Source: a virus
Virus record (IMG/VR): IMGVR_UViG_3300037137_001027
Span: 64,001 to 128,000 of that record
Length of the DNA stretch: 64,000 bases
Reading direction: 5' to 3' (one strand)
Below, one piece after another: positions 46,234 to 56,623 of the stretch (position 1 is the first letter of the stretch; each line of letters begins with the position of its first letter). Under the pieces are notes generated by a model, which was not told the DNA's origin, did not search any database, and saw nothing but the letters and a program-made list of their open reading frames with translations. The translations under genes were made by a program, and so were the position numbers.

Positions 46234-47542
46234 GGATTGGTTAGACAATGTTAAAAAGAAGCTAACTGAGCAAGGCACTTATGCTACAGGTACAGGTCCA
46301 GGCGATCAAGCTGGCGGTTTGGCCACTGATCCTTATAGTCCAACGGGGGCAAACGCTCCTGCTGCGTCCCCAGGTGGCGATCCAAATGTAGCCAATATGC
46401 CGCCTGACCAGATGGATACACACCCAGGCGAAGAAGATTTTTCGGCTGATCCACAGTATCCAGACATGCCAGAAGAAAAGAAACATCTCGACTTTGAACA
46501 ATGGAAAAAAGAATTCATGAATTCATCCATCAAAGGTGATGTTCAAGAAATGAAGGGAATGATTATGGATGTTCGTGATAGGAATTTAGACCCCTATCAA
46601 AGAAAGTTCGTAGAAGACAACCTACAAATTATCTTCTTGAGAGAACATTCAAACATCGAAAAAGCTTCAAAAGAAATCAAGAAACTAATCAAGGATGATT
46701 TAGACCATACTAATCCAGGCACATCTGTCTCCAACCATATAGTTGAAGTTTTGCAGACTCAACCAATGTTGAATAACGTTTTCATTAAACTCACTGGTTT
46801 GTACAGTATGAAGGCAGACATGCATCGCAAATTCATTGCGGCACTAACTGGCTCCGTGCAAGTTGGCAGTGGCGCATCTACAGAAGACCTTATTTACAAT
46901 GAAAAAGATTTCTCTATTCGCATGTCCACAAGATTTAATTCCAGGTTTGGTGATCTTTATATTGGCAATTGGAGTCTAAGGACAGATGATCCACAAAGAT
47001 ATCTTAAAGCACCAGAGTTGCAAAGACTAGAGGATGGCAGTCCAGAAGAAAAGGATGTACTGCGTAAGCGTATTGTAATGGAGTCAATTTCTGAAACCTT
47101 CAAAACAAGAGCTTTCATTATTAATGTTACTGGCACTGATGGGACAGTATATTCAGTAGGTTGGGACATTGCTACTTCTTTGAAGGCAGCTTACACGGAT
47201 GGTCGTTTAGTTGTTCGCACAAAGCAGGATGACGGCTCAGAAGCCATGATTGATGACGATGGAGCAATTATTAGTTTCGTTGATCTTAAAATCATGTATA
47301 TGAAGAACAGTGGTGAAGTAGACGAAGATGGTAAACCCTATAAGAAAGAGCATGAATTTATTGTAAGGCGTCAGGGGCAATTGTTCTTGACTGCAAATAT
47401 GCAGATTATCAAGGAAGCAGCTTCGAGTTTTCCTGGTATCGTCATAAGGGAAACTCCTTATACTGGCAACCCAAGTGATCTGCGAGTTTTGCAGCGATGC
47501 GTGCCAAATGCGCCAGAAATATTAATGAGACAGTGTGGATAA
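46211..47542 (+). CDS. hypothetical protein, possibly structural
   Basis: 443-aa ORF with Pro/Gly/Asp-rich N-terminal linker. Confidence 0.8.
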   Translation: MTDRINLEDWLDNVKKKLTEQGTYATGTGPGDQAGGLATDPYSPTGANAPAASPGGDPNVANMPPDQMDTHPGEEDFSADPQYPDMPEEKKHLDFEQWKKEFMNSSIKGDVQEMKGMIMDVRDRNLDPYQRKFVEDNLQIIFLREHSNIEKASKEIKKLIKDDLDHTNPGTSVSNHIVEVLQTQPMLNNVFIKLTGLYSMKADMHRKFIAALTGSVQVGSGASTEDLIYNEKDFSIRMSTRFNSRFGDLYIGNWSLRTDDPQRYLKAPELQRLEDGSPEEKDVLRKRIVMESISETFKTRAFIINVTGTDGTVYSVGWDIATSLKAAYTDGRLVVRTKQDDGSEAMIDDDGAIISFVDLKIMYMKNSGEVDEDGKPYKKEHEFIVRRQGQLFLTANMQIIKEAASSFPGIVIRETPYTGNPSDLRVLQRCVPNAPEILMRQCG

Positions 47543-47545
47543 AAA

Positions 47546-47944
47546 TTATTGCAGTCCTCTTTGTTTTCTGGTTTTGTAGTGTTTTTGTTGTTTGGTTATT
47601 AAACGATGGCAATTAGCACAAATATATTCCAAATTATCTGGATTATTGTTGTGCTTATTGCCATCTTTATGATTTACGTCAATTTGACATTTATCCTCAG
47701 CAACAAATGGGCAACGTTGGCATTTGTTTGGAGTCTTTAATCTAGCATTTCTATGTGTGTCCCAACGATATCCTGATATCGAACATCGCCACGCCAATCC
47801 ATTTCCTTTTCGCCTAATGTGAACAGGGCCACACGATGAACAAATGGCTGTACGCAACTCTTCATTAATTTCTGAAAGTCTATGTAGCCATTTGCCCATC
47901 GAGTGGCCTTTTTTGTTATTTGATACCCTTATAAGGGGGATCAA
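47546..47944 (-). CDS. HNH endonuclease
   Basis: CQRC...VNHKDGNKHNNNPDNLEYICANCH. Confidence 0.85.
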   Translation of the reverse strand: MIPLIRVSNNKKGHSMGKWLHRLSEINEELRTAICSSCGPVHIRRKGNGLAWRCSISGYRWDTHRNARLKTPNKCQRCPFVAEDKCQIDVNHKDGNKHNNNPDNLEYICANCHRLITKQQKHYKTRKQRGLQ

Positions 47945-48575
47945 TCTTTCGACCTTTGGCCGCGATCATGGCGAGTTTATTATATTCATCCATGACTTCT
48001 GGCCACATCTCGCGTGGCACTGGAATCCGTTGGAAGGTGGGTAATCCTTCCAGGTCGGGATAAGTTACACAGACGGTTGCCCCTCTGTGTTCCATATCAC
48101 CTGTTTTATAGTTGCGGGACCAACGGTGGTACAGTTTATATAGTTCATTTGCGGTGCGAGTTAATTGGGTCAAATCGCACTTCTTTTCAATGATATTTTC
48201 AACTGCATCTGTTGATAGGTGCCGACCAAAAATAATGTCGGTGATCCACCCATCTTCCTCATAAATCATTAGGTGGGCAACCCATTTGCCCTCTTTATAT
48301 GTCCAACCACTGCCAATTGGACCTTGGAAAGAAGCGCACACTTCCAACCAAGTTCGATGAGGTCCAGCGCTCTTACGAGCTTTTGTGTCGTCTTCCTCAC
48401 CGTTAAGACGGCGGAAGTCTACGCCTCCGCAATCCTCTTCAATAGAAGTTTCGTTGAATCCTACACGATAGTAATTCAACACCTTTCGATAAAGGTTTTC
48501 GGCAAAATCGCCTTCTCTACTTTGACCTTTTTTCGCATACGGACTTTGATAAGCCATATACAAACTCCCTTTCAA
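47916..48575 (-). CDS. putative PD-(D/E)XK-like nuclease
   Basis: GVDF...DTKARK...WLEV. Confidence 0.45.
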   Translation of the reverse strand: MKGSLYMAYQSPYAKKGQSREGDFAENLYRKVLNYYRVGFNETSIEEDCGGVDFRRLNGEEDDTKARKSAGPHRTWLEVCASFQGPIGSGWTYKEGKWVAHLMIYEEDGWITDIIFGRHLSTDAVENIIEKKCDLTQLTRTANELYKLYHRWSRNYKTGDMEHRGATVCVTYPDLEGLPTFQRIPVPREMWPEVMDEYNKLAMIAAKGRKIDPPYKGIK

Positions 48576-48687
48576 TTACATTACATATTACTATCTCCAT
48601 TTCCAAAGCAACAACAAGTTTCATTGGTAGCGAAGCAGCATGACAAAAAGATACTAAAATTCACTACCGAGTGCAATAGATATTCCG

Positions 48688-49176
48688 ATGATAAAGTTTA
48701 TTGAATTCATTGACAAAAAGGAAAGAGAGACGAAGAAACAACTCAAGATCATTGAGCATATCCTTCTCGCTCACGAAATGAACGTCAAAAGTCATCTGGA
48801 TGACGATGATCCATACCTTTTTGTTTACAACACAAAGAAAAACACTTTCTTCGAAGGTATTAGAATTTACAAAGTTGGCGATCAAATCTCTTTCAGGGTT
48901 CAAAAAGACGAAAAAACAGAACCTTTTGGTCGTGCATACCCGATGGACATTGAAGAAATGTTTGAAGATTTAGTTACAGATTATAAACCTGAAGAAGCTG
49001 GCAGGAAAATAATGGCAGCAGTTACCACCGAGGTTAAGAAATTTTTTGACCGAAGTGCTATTGCTGAAAAAGAGTTGCGTGACAAAGAGTTTGAACGTGA
49101 TCCGTGGGGCAAGGTGGTTGTCCGAAGTTCCGATTATGGGATGGATTACAGCAACCTCACATATATGAAGGCTTAA
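48688..49176 (+). CDS. hypothetical protein
   Basis: MIKFIEFIDKKE; late-type promoter. Confidence 0.78.
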   Translation: MIKFIEFIDKKERETKKQLKIIEHILLAHEMNVKSHLDDDDPYLFVYNTKKNTFFEGIRIYKVGDQISFRVQKDEKTEPFGRAYPMDIEEMFEDLVTDYKPEEAGRKIMAAVTTEVKKFFDRSAIAEKELRDKEFERDPWGKVVVRSSDYGMDYSNLTYMKA

Positions 49177-49178
49177 AG

Positions 49179-49508
49179 ATGGGTGGGTTCCAAGAGTGGG
49201 TGGGCAAGAAGCGAGTTGTTGATAATTTTGAATTAGGGCTTGGAAAATCTATACCAGAAAACAAAAACGCTGGTGGTGGCTTTGATCCCACAAGCAAAGA
49301 ACAAGTTAAAAAATTCAAGAAAGTAGATTTAATAACGTTACCCGTTGAAGGAACTAACTGTGGCAACTGTATGTTTATGGTTCCAGTTGATAAGGCAAAA
49401 GGTGTCGGTTGGTGTAATCACAAGGATGTTTTAGAGTTTGTTACCCCAAAAATGTGTTGTGCAATGTGGAATCACACAGATGTTAAACGGCAGTGGGAAA
49501 CTAAATAA
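49179..49508 (+). CDS. protein with HiPIP-like Cys motif
   Basis: NCGNCMF...GWC...MCCAMW. Confidence 0.55.
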   Translation: MGGFQEWVGKKRVVDNFELGLGKSIPENKNAGGGFDPTSKEQVKKFKKVDLITLPVEGTNCGNCMFMVPVDKAKGVGWCNHKDVLEFVTPKMCCAMWNHTDVKRQWETK

Positions 49509-49511
49509 GAT

Positions 49512-50042
49512 ATGCCAATTACTCCACGGCAAGTTCAACAATTGGGTAGTTTCTGGAAGGCTATCGACTATCCAACTCCTGCTGTGCCAACCCCGAAAAT
49601 AGTTCACAAAGGTAGTATTGTAAATTTTCACTATGCTGGGCAGCGGACGAACAAGATGGTCCACGACCCTTACCCGTTGGTATTAGTATCAGATATATAC
49701 AGTGATGCTATAAGAGGTGTGAATTTAAATTACTTAACAGTCCCTTACGTTAAGTATATGATTAACACTTATTTAGACAAACCATTCGCTTACTCCTTTA
49801 TAAAAGGCAATGCTTACTTAACAGGCGGGAAGGATGACCCTGGTACGTTCAGAACTTATAAGAGGAGTGGGATTAGTCAACTAAGAATGATGGACAGTGA
49901 TTTCTTGAGGGGTATTGCGGCAGTGTCGAGGACTTTAGATGCAAATGAATTGGACCAAATAAGGATGCAGATAGAAGAGTTAATAAAGTATCAATTAAAT
50001 CAACCTGTTGCTCAACCAGGAGAGGTACAACAAAATTACTGA
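49512..50042 (+). CDS. DNA end protector (T4 gp2)-like protein
   Basis: HDPYPLVLV...GVNLNYL...FRTYK. Confidence 0.55.
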   Translation: MPITPRQVQQLGSFWKAIDYPTPAVPTPKIVHKGSIVNFHYAGQRTNKMVHDPYPLVLVSDIYSDAIRGVNLNYLTVPYVKYMINTYLDKPFAYSFIKGNAYLTGGKDDPGTFRTYKRSGISQLRMMDSDFLRGIAAVSRTLDANELDQIRMQIEELIKYQLNQPVAQPGEVQQNY

Positions 50043-50121
50043 TATCTGCATAGATACTGTAATTCCTTTTCGCAATTCATTTTATTAATTAATAGTTTTT
50101 TAGAAAGAGATAAATAACAAT

Positions 50122-53100
50122 ATGCCAGTCGATGTATTTGACCGTAAGGTAAGTGCCAGTATTGACGAGATTAAGGCAGCATTACTTGGTGATGTTGGCA
50201 ACAAAAAGACTGCGCAAAAAAAGGATGAAAACACCGAACAACTTAAAAAGCTCAATGATAATCTAGAAAAGATTGTTGGAAATGACCTTGACAGGGAATT
50301 AAAAGCTCTTAACAAATTAATCAAGCGAGTAGCAGATTGTTGTGAAGAACAGTCTGGCAAACGAAGTCAAAATCTTGATAAAGAAGCAAAAGCTTATGCT
50401 AAGGCAGTTGCCAAAGCATTAAAGCCAGCTAATGGTGGCGACATATCAAAAGTAATTAAAGATACATTTGGCGGTATCAAACCAGCGTTCGATAAAATTA
50501 CTGATAAAACGATGGATTTTGGTAAGGCTCTGGAAAGAAGCCAAAGAAGATTTAGTGCTGCATTCGGTATGATCGGCAAGGACTTCACAAAAACTTTTGG
50601 CGATATAGGGAAACTAAATCCTTTCAAGTGGTTTCAAAAAGAGGGGGAGAAGGCGACTAAAGAATCCCAAAACATGTTCCGCAGTGGGTGGAACACAACC
50701 ATAAGTTTTTTCAAAGATAACTGGCAGCGCATGACTACTGCCGTCTCAAGTAAAGCTTCTGCTTTGTGGGAAGGAGTTACGAGTAAAGCTTCTGCTTTGT
50801 GGGAAGGAGTTACGAGTAAAGCTTCTGCTTTGTGGGAAGGAGTTACGAGTAAAGCTTCTGCTTTGTGGGAAGGAGTTACAAATAGGGTTTCTGGCTGGTG
50901 GAAAAAGACCACCGATGTAGCTTCTGATTTATGGGGTAAAGTTACAAAAAGGGTTTCAGATAGTTGGGTCGGCAAAACATTTGGTTTTATAGGGCGTTCT
51001 GTTGATACGCTGGGTAAGGCTGTAGGCGGTACAGTTAGAAATTTATTAAATTTGGGCAAAACCACAGGAACAGGAAAGCAAAAGAAATCTCAAAGCGATA
51101 TAGATGATTTAACTGGCAAGGGTAGAACAGTGCATGGTGAAGGAACGCCAGTTGGTAAAGGGCGTAAAACAAAAGGAGCAGGTGGTACATCTGATTTATG
51201 TCGTTGTATTTGCAGATGTATAGGAAAGCTACTTGGAGTAACCAAAGAAGGAGTAAAACAATCTAAGCAAGGAGTTAAGCACTCTAAAGATATCAGTAAA
51301 ATTGGGTCAAGTCAATTGCGGCAGGGCGCGAAAAAAGACATGACATTAAAACCAGCTACAGACACAGGTGAAGACATTCGTAAATCCCTGGAGGAGGAGA
51401 ATGACAGGCGTGAAAAACTAGAAAGAAAAAGGGCAAATTGGGAAAGACGTAGCCAGGATGTAAAAGGCCACATAAAGACGGCTACTGGTTTCCTTAGTCA
51501 AGTCATGTCAGCAGATAAGGGTGACACTGCGAGAGTAATAGCTCAAGGCTTGGCTAACAGCATATCAAAAGCTGCTGGATATATAGTTGGCAAGCCACTT
51601 GAGGTATTAGGTGGCTTTTTAGAGAAACAAAACGTTGAAATCCTTGGTTTTGGTGGCAACTTAGCTTTTCTTGGCGCTCCAATTAAATTCTTGGGTGAAG
51701 CTCTTGGTGGTCTTGCTGAAGGTATAACAAGTTTAGTTTTACAGCCATTAGCGGATGAAGTGGTTAATTTCCAAGAAGAAATGCAGGCCATGTATATTAC
51801 CAGAGGTGCAACCAGAGGTGGTCGAGTTGCTGGAGGTGTTGGTGCGCCAGGTCTTACTGGAATGGCTCAAGGGGTTCAGGATTGGACTAACAACATAGAT
51901 ATTGCGGCAAAAAAAGAAGAGATGTTGGGGCGTAATGCTGCGGAAATTGCTGAAACAGGGCAGAAATTATCAACGATCCAGAAACAGCACGTCAAAAACC
52001 TGAAAATGGGTATTAGAGAAGAAGATAAGTTTAACAAAGCCTCTAATATTGGTTTAAGGGCATCTTCTCAAATAGGTTCTAATGCTGAGCAAACAGCAGA
52101 TATGTTCGCTGAGTGGAAACAGAATTTAGGCGCATCAAATGTACAATTAGGGATGATGGAACGTGGTTTACTAAGCATTGCCAGGTCTACAGGCATATTT
52201 GGAGACAATTTAATTAAGGTTGCAAGGTCGTCTCAAAAATTCATGGAATATATGAGAATGTCTGGTACTTTTACAGCCAAAGCATCCAACAACATTGTAG
52301 GTTTGATGGCTGAAGCACAAAAACGTGGTGTTAGCAAAGGTATGGAAAATTTATTAGAGGTTTTTAAGCAAAGTTTGCTTAGTCCAGAAGGCGGTGGTTT
52401 AAAAGATTTCGTAACAGCATCAATTGGAGGTGATGAGCCATTAAGGGAACGTATGATAACGGGGACGTTGATGCAAGATCGTGGTTCACAAAAGATGCTT
52501 GCTCAAAATATGAGTAAAAAGTTCAATGAATGGGCTGCGGACATGTTCCAAGGTAAGAAATTTGACCAATTAAGCATTGAAGAAAAGGGCTTGTTTGATG
52601 TTTTCATAAGGCAAATAACAAAGAATCAAGCTGGAGCGGAAGAGTTAAATCAGCTTATAAAAGGCATGATAGAAAATACAAAAAACTTCTCTGAAAGCAT
52701 GAAAGACTTAGAAGCTGGTGCGAAGAAAGGCAAAGCGGGTTTAACCGAACAGGAAAAAACTACACAAAGACAACAACTCATCTATAACACAAGTGATGAA
52801 ATACTAGAAGATTATACGCGAGCATTAAAAGAGTCAACAGATGCAATGGGCAAAGCAGACGTTGGCAAGGCTTTCGAAAAGCTTAAAGAGAGTTCAGAGG
52901 ATTTAACCAGTTTTTATGAAAGCCAAAGCATCGACATGAATAAGGGTGCCGCCTCGATTGGCGATATTCTAAGAAAACAGGTAGAACAAGTCCGTAAAAG
53001 GGCAGAGAAAGAAGGTTTAACAGCACAGATGATAGGAGCAGCAGGCATTGAAAAAGAAGATATAGACAATGCATTAAAGGAACTAGAAAAAGGCAATACA

Positions 53101-55644
53101 AAAGATTTTGAAGATTTAAGGGCAAAAATGACTGCTCTCGAAGGCAAGACAAGAGAAGAAATGAGACAGAATGCTGATCCGATTACCAAAATACAAATGT
53201 TAGTATTCAAGATGGAAGGCCATCTTAGACTCATTATGAGAACCTTAATTACTGAAATTGCGCCTGAAATACAAGGATTGATGAATGATTTCGACGTGGT
53301 TATGGATCGAGCCGCGAAGGAATATGCTAAAGGTAACACGGAAGAAGCTGTCAAAATCATTGGGGATTATATGAAGAAAATCCCTGAAGATATCACAAAA
53401 AGCAGAGAACAAATAGACAAAATGCCAAGGGCATCGACTGCACAGAAAGGTTTCGCAGGTTTCCTTGAAGGTATCATCGGTAAAGGTTCTTTGGGTGGTG
53501 GCGCGCTAGAAGGATTGGGTACGACGATTCAGAAAAATGCTAAGGAAATATCAGACGCCATTAAGGATATTACAGAGAAGATCAAGATGCTCAAAGATAA
53601 CATATCATCAATAGCCAAAGTGTTTGGTGTGTTAGCCGCTGTGGTAGCAGGTGGTACTATTGCTGTGCTAATCATGGGTATTGTTGCGGCATTAGGACCG
53701 ATGGGCTTACTTGGCGTGCTTGCGGGGGGTGGTATTGCCTATGCTATTTGGGATATTGTACAAAATCTTAAAGAAATAAAGAGAATAAAGGACGAAGAAA
53801 GAGGCGTTCAGGCAAAAGTTCAACAACAAGTAGAAGCTACCCAAAGACGGAATGTTGAAACCGCCGCTGATTTGGCAAAACGTGGTGAAGTAGAATTGTT
53901 GGAAGTGCAACGAGCGAGACTTAAATTAGAGCTTGAACAACAAAAAACAGCGCTTAAAGGAAATGAGAAGACAGCAAAAGAAGCCAACCAAGCTGCCGTA
54001 GATGGAGAGTGGTATTTGCATGAAGTATTCACTGAAACTTTTACACGATCCTGGGGAGAGCAACAGGCGGAAAGAGATGTTACAGCCAGTACAGCTAAAA
54101 CAGCATTAGAGCATAGAAAGAAAGAAGTTGAGTCCCGTGAAAAGGCACTTGCCGATTTAGAAAAAAACTTAGCGATTGCTAGGGAAAATGCTGCCAAATT
54201 ACCAAAAAGTGCAGAAAGGGATTTGGCTAATTGGACGGCACAATGGGAAAAATTCTTTCTAGAACACAAGCCCGAAGCATTATCGCCTATACAGCAAAGA
54301 AAAAAGAAGGCCATCATGATTAGTGGAACTCAATGGGATGCTTCAGAGGCTGGTAAATATGGAGAATCATCAGACGAACAATATGTGAGACGATCTTTGG
54401 CAATAAAAGCACCTCAGCAAAGACTCTTGGGGGTTACGAAAAAGGATATTCCACAATATAAAGAACTTAGTCAAATTTTATGGACCAAAGGATATGATGA
54501 AGCGGTTGCGTATGTTAAAAAGAATGCTGAAACTTTAAACATGGATATTGCACAAGCAATGTTTGATGCATATGGTGAGAAGCTTCCCGCTGATCTTAGA
54601 AAAAAACTGATTTCTTATGAGCCAGCCGCCCTTGCGAATCTTCAAAAAGCAGCCCAAGAATCAGGCTGGTTGAAAAAAGCCCAGCTTGGGCCAGGGGGCA
54701 AAGTAATTCAAAAAGAGGAGGTTTTAAGCGCTGAAACGTTTATGAAAGCCAGAGAATTAGCAAGGGCGAGGGGTGCGGAAACCCCTGAACTTGCTGATGT
54801 TCAGAAAGTATTATCTAATCCAGAAATTGTTCAACTAAACCAAAAACAACTTGAGTATTTAAAAAAGATGGTTGAAGCCAATGACACAGCAAATGCAATT
54901 GCTAAATCAAAAAATATGCCTATCTCCGAAGACAAAGCATTTATAGCTTCGCCTGAGACGCTTAAAAAGTTACAGAGCATAGGAACACCAACTGCGGCAA
55001 CCACAAGCGGACAAGCACCACCAGTTGCCCGTGGCCCAACTTCTGAAGAACTTCGGGCAATGCAAGAGAGAATAAATGGATTGCAAGAACAATTAAGGAA
55101 TAAGTCTACCAAATTCGGTGATCCAAACTTTGTTGGACCACCTTCGTTAGAAGATATGGCGAAGGAAGCAATAACCCCGACAGGAGGTGGCTCTATTTAT
55201 ACACATGATAAACGATTAGAAAATCTTGCAAAAGAAGAGTTAAAACAACAAGAAAACTCTATAATTGCGAAGCCAGAGCTTATGGGACCGCCAATGACAG
55301 ATGAAGTTAAAGCAGCAGTAAATAAAGAGATTAGTGTTAGTCCAACGTTGCCAGGCATGTCTAGTGCCGCAGAGGATGAAATTCGTCGCAGAAATGCGGA
55401 AATGCAGAACAGTGGTGATGTGGATATGGCAAAAACAGAAGAAAACACAGGTACTACCGCAGCTAACACAAGGGCAATGGCTAAAATGCTGGGTCAAATA
55501 GGAAGGATATTAACCAAAAAACGCAGTAATGACCTTGGTTTAGAAGGACCAGATTATCCAGTAGAAGCTTTCTTTGAAGAAGTTCTAAATACAAATTGGG
55601 ATAGCGCAGGCATAGGCAGAAGTGGCGGTTTAGAGTTTGAATAA
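50122..55644 (+). CDS. tail tape measure protein
   Basis: 1840 aa, helical, 11-aa Trp repeats, hydrophobic segments, directly upstream of baseplate genes. Confidence 0.85.
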   Translation: MPVDVFDRKVSASIDEIKAALLGDVGNKKTAQKKDENTEQLKKLNDNLEKIVGNDLDRELKALNKLIKRVADCCEEQSGKRSQNLDKEAKAYAKAVAKALKPANGGDISKVIKDTFGGIKPAFDKITDKTMDFGKALERSQRRFSAAFGMIGKDFTKTFGDIGKLNPFKWFQKEGEKATKESQNMFRSGWNTTISFFKDNWQRMTTAVSSKASALWEGVTSKASALWEGVTSKASALWEGVTSKASALWEGVTNRVSGWWKKTTDVASDLWGKVTKRVSDSWVGKTFGFIGRSVDTLGKAVGGTVRNLLNLGKTTGTGKQKKSQSDIDDLTGKGRTVHGEGTPVGKGRKTKGAGGTSDLCRCICRCIGKLLGVTKEGVKQSKQGVKHSKDISKIGSSQLRQGAKKDMTLKPATDTGEDIRKSLEEENDRREKLERKRANWERRSQDVKGHIKTATGFLSQVMSADKGDTARVIAQGLANSISKAAGYIVGKPLEVLGGFLEKQNVEILGFGGNLAFLGAPIKFLGEALGGLAEGITSLVLQPLADEVVNFQEEMQAMYITRGATRGGRVAGGVGAPGLTGMAQGVQDWTNNIDIAAKKEEMLGRNAAEIAETGQKLSTIQKQHVKNLKMGIREEDKFNKASNIGLRASSQIGSNAEQTADMFAEWKQNLGASNVQLGMMERGLLSIARSTGIFGDNLIKVARSSQKFMEYMRMSGTFTAKASNNIVGLMAEAQKRGVSKGMENLLEVFKQSLLSPEGGGLKDFVTASIGGDEPLRERMITGTLMQDRGSQKMLAQNMSKKFNEWAADMFQGKKFDQLSIEEKGLFDVFIRQITKNQAGAEELNQLIKGMIENTKNFSESMKDLEAGAKKGKAGLTEQEKTTQRQQLIYNTSDEILEDYTRALKESTDAMGKADVGKAFEKLKESSEDLTSFYESQSIDMNKGAASIGDILRKQVEQVRKRAEKEGLTAQMIGAAGIEKEDIDNALKELEKGNTKDFEDLRAKMTALEGKTREEMRQNADPITKIQMLVFKMEGHLRLIMRTLITEIAPEIQGLMNDFDVVMDRAAKEYAKGNTEEAVKIIGDYMKKIPEDITKSREQIDKMPRASTAQKGFAGFLEGIIGKGSLGGGALEGLGTTIQKNAKEISDAIKDITEKIKMLKDNISSIAKVFGVLAAVVAGGTIAVLIMGIVAALGPMGLLGVLAGGGIAYAIWDIVQNLKEIKRIKDEERGVQAKVQQQVEATQRRNVETAADLAKRGEVELLEVQRARLKLELEQQKTALKGNEKTAKEANQAAVDGEWYLHEVFTETFTRSWGEQQAERDVTASTAKTALEHRKKEVESREKALADLEKNLAIARENAAKLPKSAERDLANWTAQWEKFFLEHKPEALSPIQQRKKKAIMISGTQWDASEAGKYGESSDEQYVRRSLAIKAPQQRLLGVTKKDIPQYKELSQILWTKGYDEAVAYVKKNAETLNMDIAQAMFDAYGEKLPADLRKKLISYEPAALANLQKAAQESGWLKKAQLGPGGKVIQKEEVLSAETFMKARELARARGAETPELADVQKVLSNPEIVQLNQKQLEYLKKMVEANDTANAIAKSKNMPISEDKAFIASPETLKKLQSIGTPTAATTSGQAPPVARGPTSEELRAMQERINGLQEQLRNKSTKFGDPNFVGPPSLEDMAKEAITPTGGGSIYTHDKRLENLAKEELKQQENSIIAKPELMGPPMTDEVKAAVNKEISVSPTLPGMSSAAEDEIRRRNAEMQNSGDVDMAKTEENTGTTAANTRAMAKMLGQIGRILTKKRSNDLGLEGPDYPVEAFFEEVLNTNWDSAGIGRSGGLEFE
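50749..50880 (+). repeat. 4 x 33-bp tandem repeat (SKASALWEGVT)
   Basis: AGTAAAGCTTCTGCTTTGTGGGAAGGAGTTAC(G/A) x4. Confidence 0.95.
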
Positions 55645-55658
55645 TAACAAGGAGGATA

Positions 55659-56276
55659 ATGCCAAGAGGAACTAAAAATGATGGGTCATTAGCCCCATTA
55701 CAATATACATCAATAGGTGGTGGAAAATGTGAAATACAAACACCTTGCGGATGTATTACATTAAAAATACTTCCAGAAATTACGGATAGTAAAGGAGCGC
55801 AATATGTCAATGACCCTGCCCCTGGCAGATCAAGCCCAATGTTGACTTATGCCTACTCAGAGTCTAGAAATATAAATACAGAATTACACTTCATGATAAC
55901 CACATTTGACGATATATCCGAAAACATCAGAGCAATTAGAATTATCCAAAATTTAGTTTACCCAGGTGCAGGCACAGGGATAGCTCCTTTTACGCCGCCG
56001 CCTGTGATTAAATTTGTTTGTGGTCAACTATTAGATGGACCTGATGGATTATGTATGGTACTTAAAAGTTATAACATACGTTATCCTACGGAAGTGGCGT
56101 GGGATGTAAAAACTTTTCTACCTTATAAATTTTCGATTAGTTGTAATTGGGAAGTTGTTTATCCGTGTAACAAATTGCCAGTTAATAAGTGTATAAACAG
56201 GGACAGTGGTGATGCTATTTTGTTCCCTGGAGACGATTTCTCGCCAGGAGAATTCCCACAGTTTTATCAAAAGTAA
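55659..56276 (+). CDS. tail tube initiator / CIS tube-like baseplate protein
   Basis: PGRSSPMLTY, VYP...PPPVIKF; position after the tape measure gene. Confidence 0.65.
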   Translation: MPRGTKNDGSLAPLQYTSIGGGKCEIQTPCGCITLKILPEITDSKGAQYVNDPAPGRSSPMLTYAYSESRNINTELHFMITTFDDISENIRAIRIIQNLVYPGAGTGIAPFTPPPVIKFVCGQLLDGPDGLCMVLKSYNIRYPTEVAWDVKTFLPYKFSISCNWEVVYPCNKLPVNKCINRDSGDAILFPGDDFSPGEFPQFYQK

Positions 56277-56291
56277 GCATAAGGAGACTAC

Positions 56292-56615
56292 ATGCCTAAA
56301 CCAATTGAATATTCCAAGATGGAAGGAAGGTCTTATGTTCCTCCGACAAGTAGGTACGCTATGACTCCAATAATATATTACGAAGGCAAATTAGCATATC
56401 CTATATACAGGAAGAAAAAAGCATCATTTAGTTCACAAGATCAACACTATGAAATAACAAAGGAAGTAGAATTCCGACCAGATATTGTATCATATAGGAC
56501 ATATGGCGCACCCGATTACTGGTGGAAGATAATGGAAATGAACGGAATGAAAGATATTTTGGAGTTCAGAGCAGGAAGAAACATTATCCTGCCTGGCGGT
56601 AGTTTAATGTTTTAA
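56292..56615 (+). CDS. baseplate wedge protein, gp53/LysM-like
   Basis: RPDIVSYRTYGAPDYWWKIMEMN. Confidence 0.8.
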   Translation: MPKPIEYSKMEGRSYVPPTSRYAMTPIIYYEGKLAYPIYRKKKASFSSQDQHYEITKEVEFRPDIVSYRTYGAPDYWWKIMEMNGMKDILEFRAGRNIILPGGSLMF

Positions 56616-56623
56616 GGAGAAGT

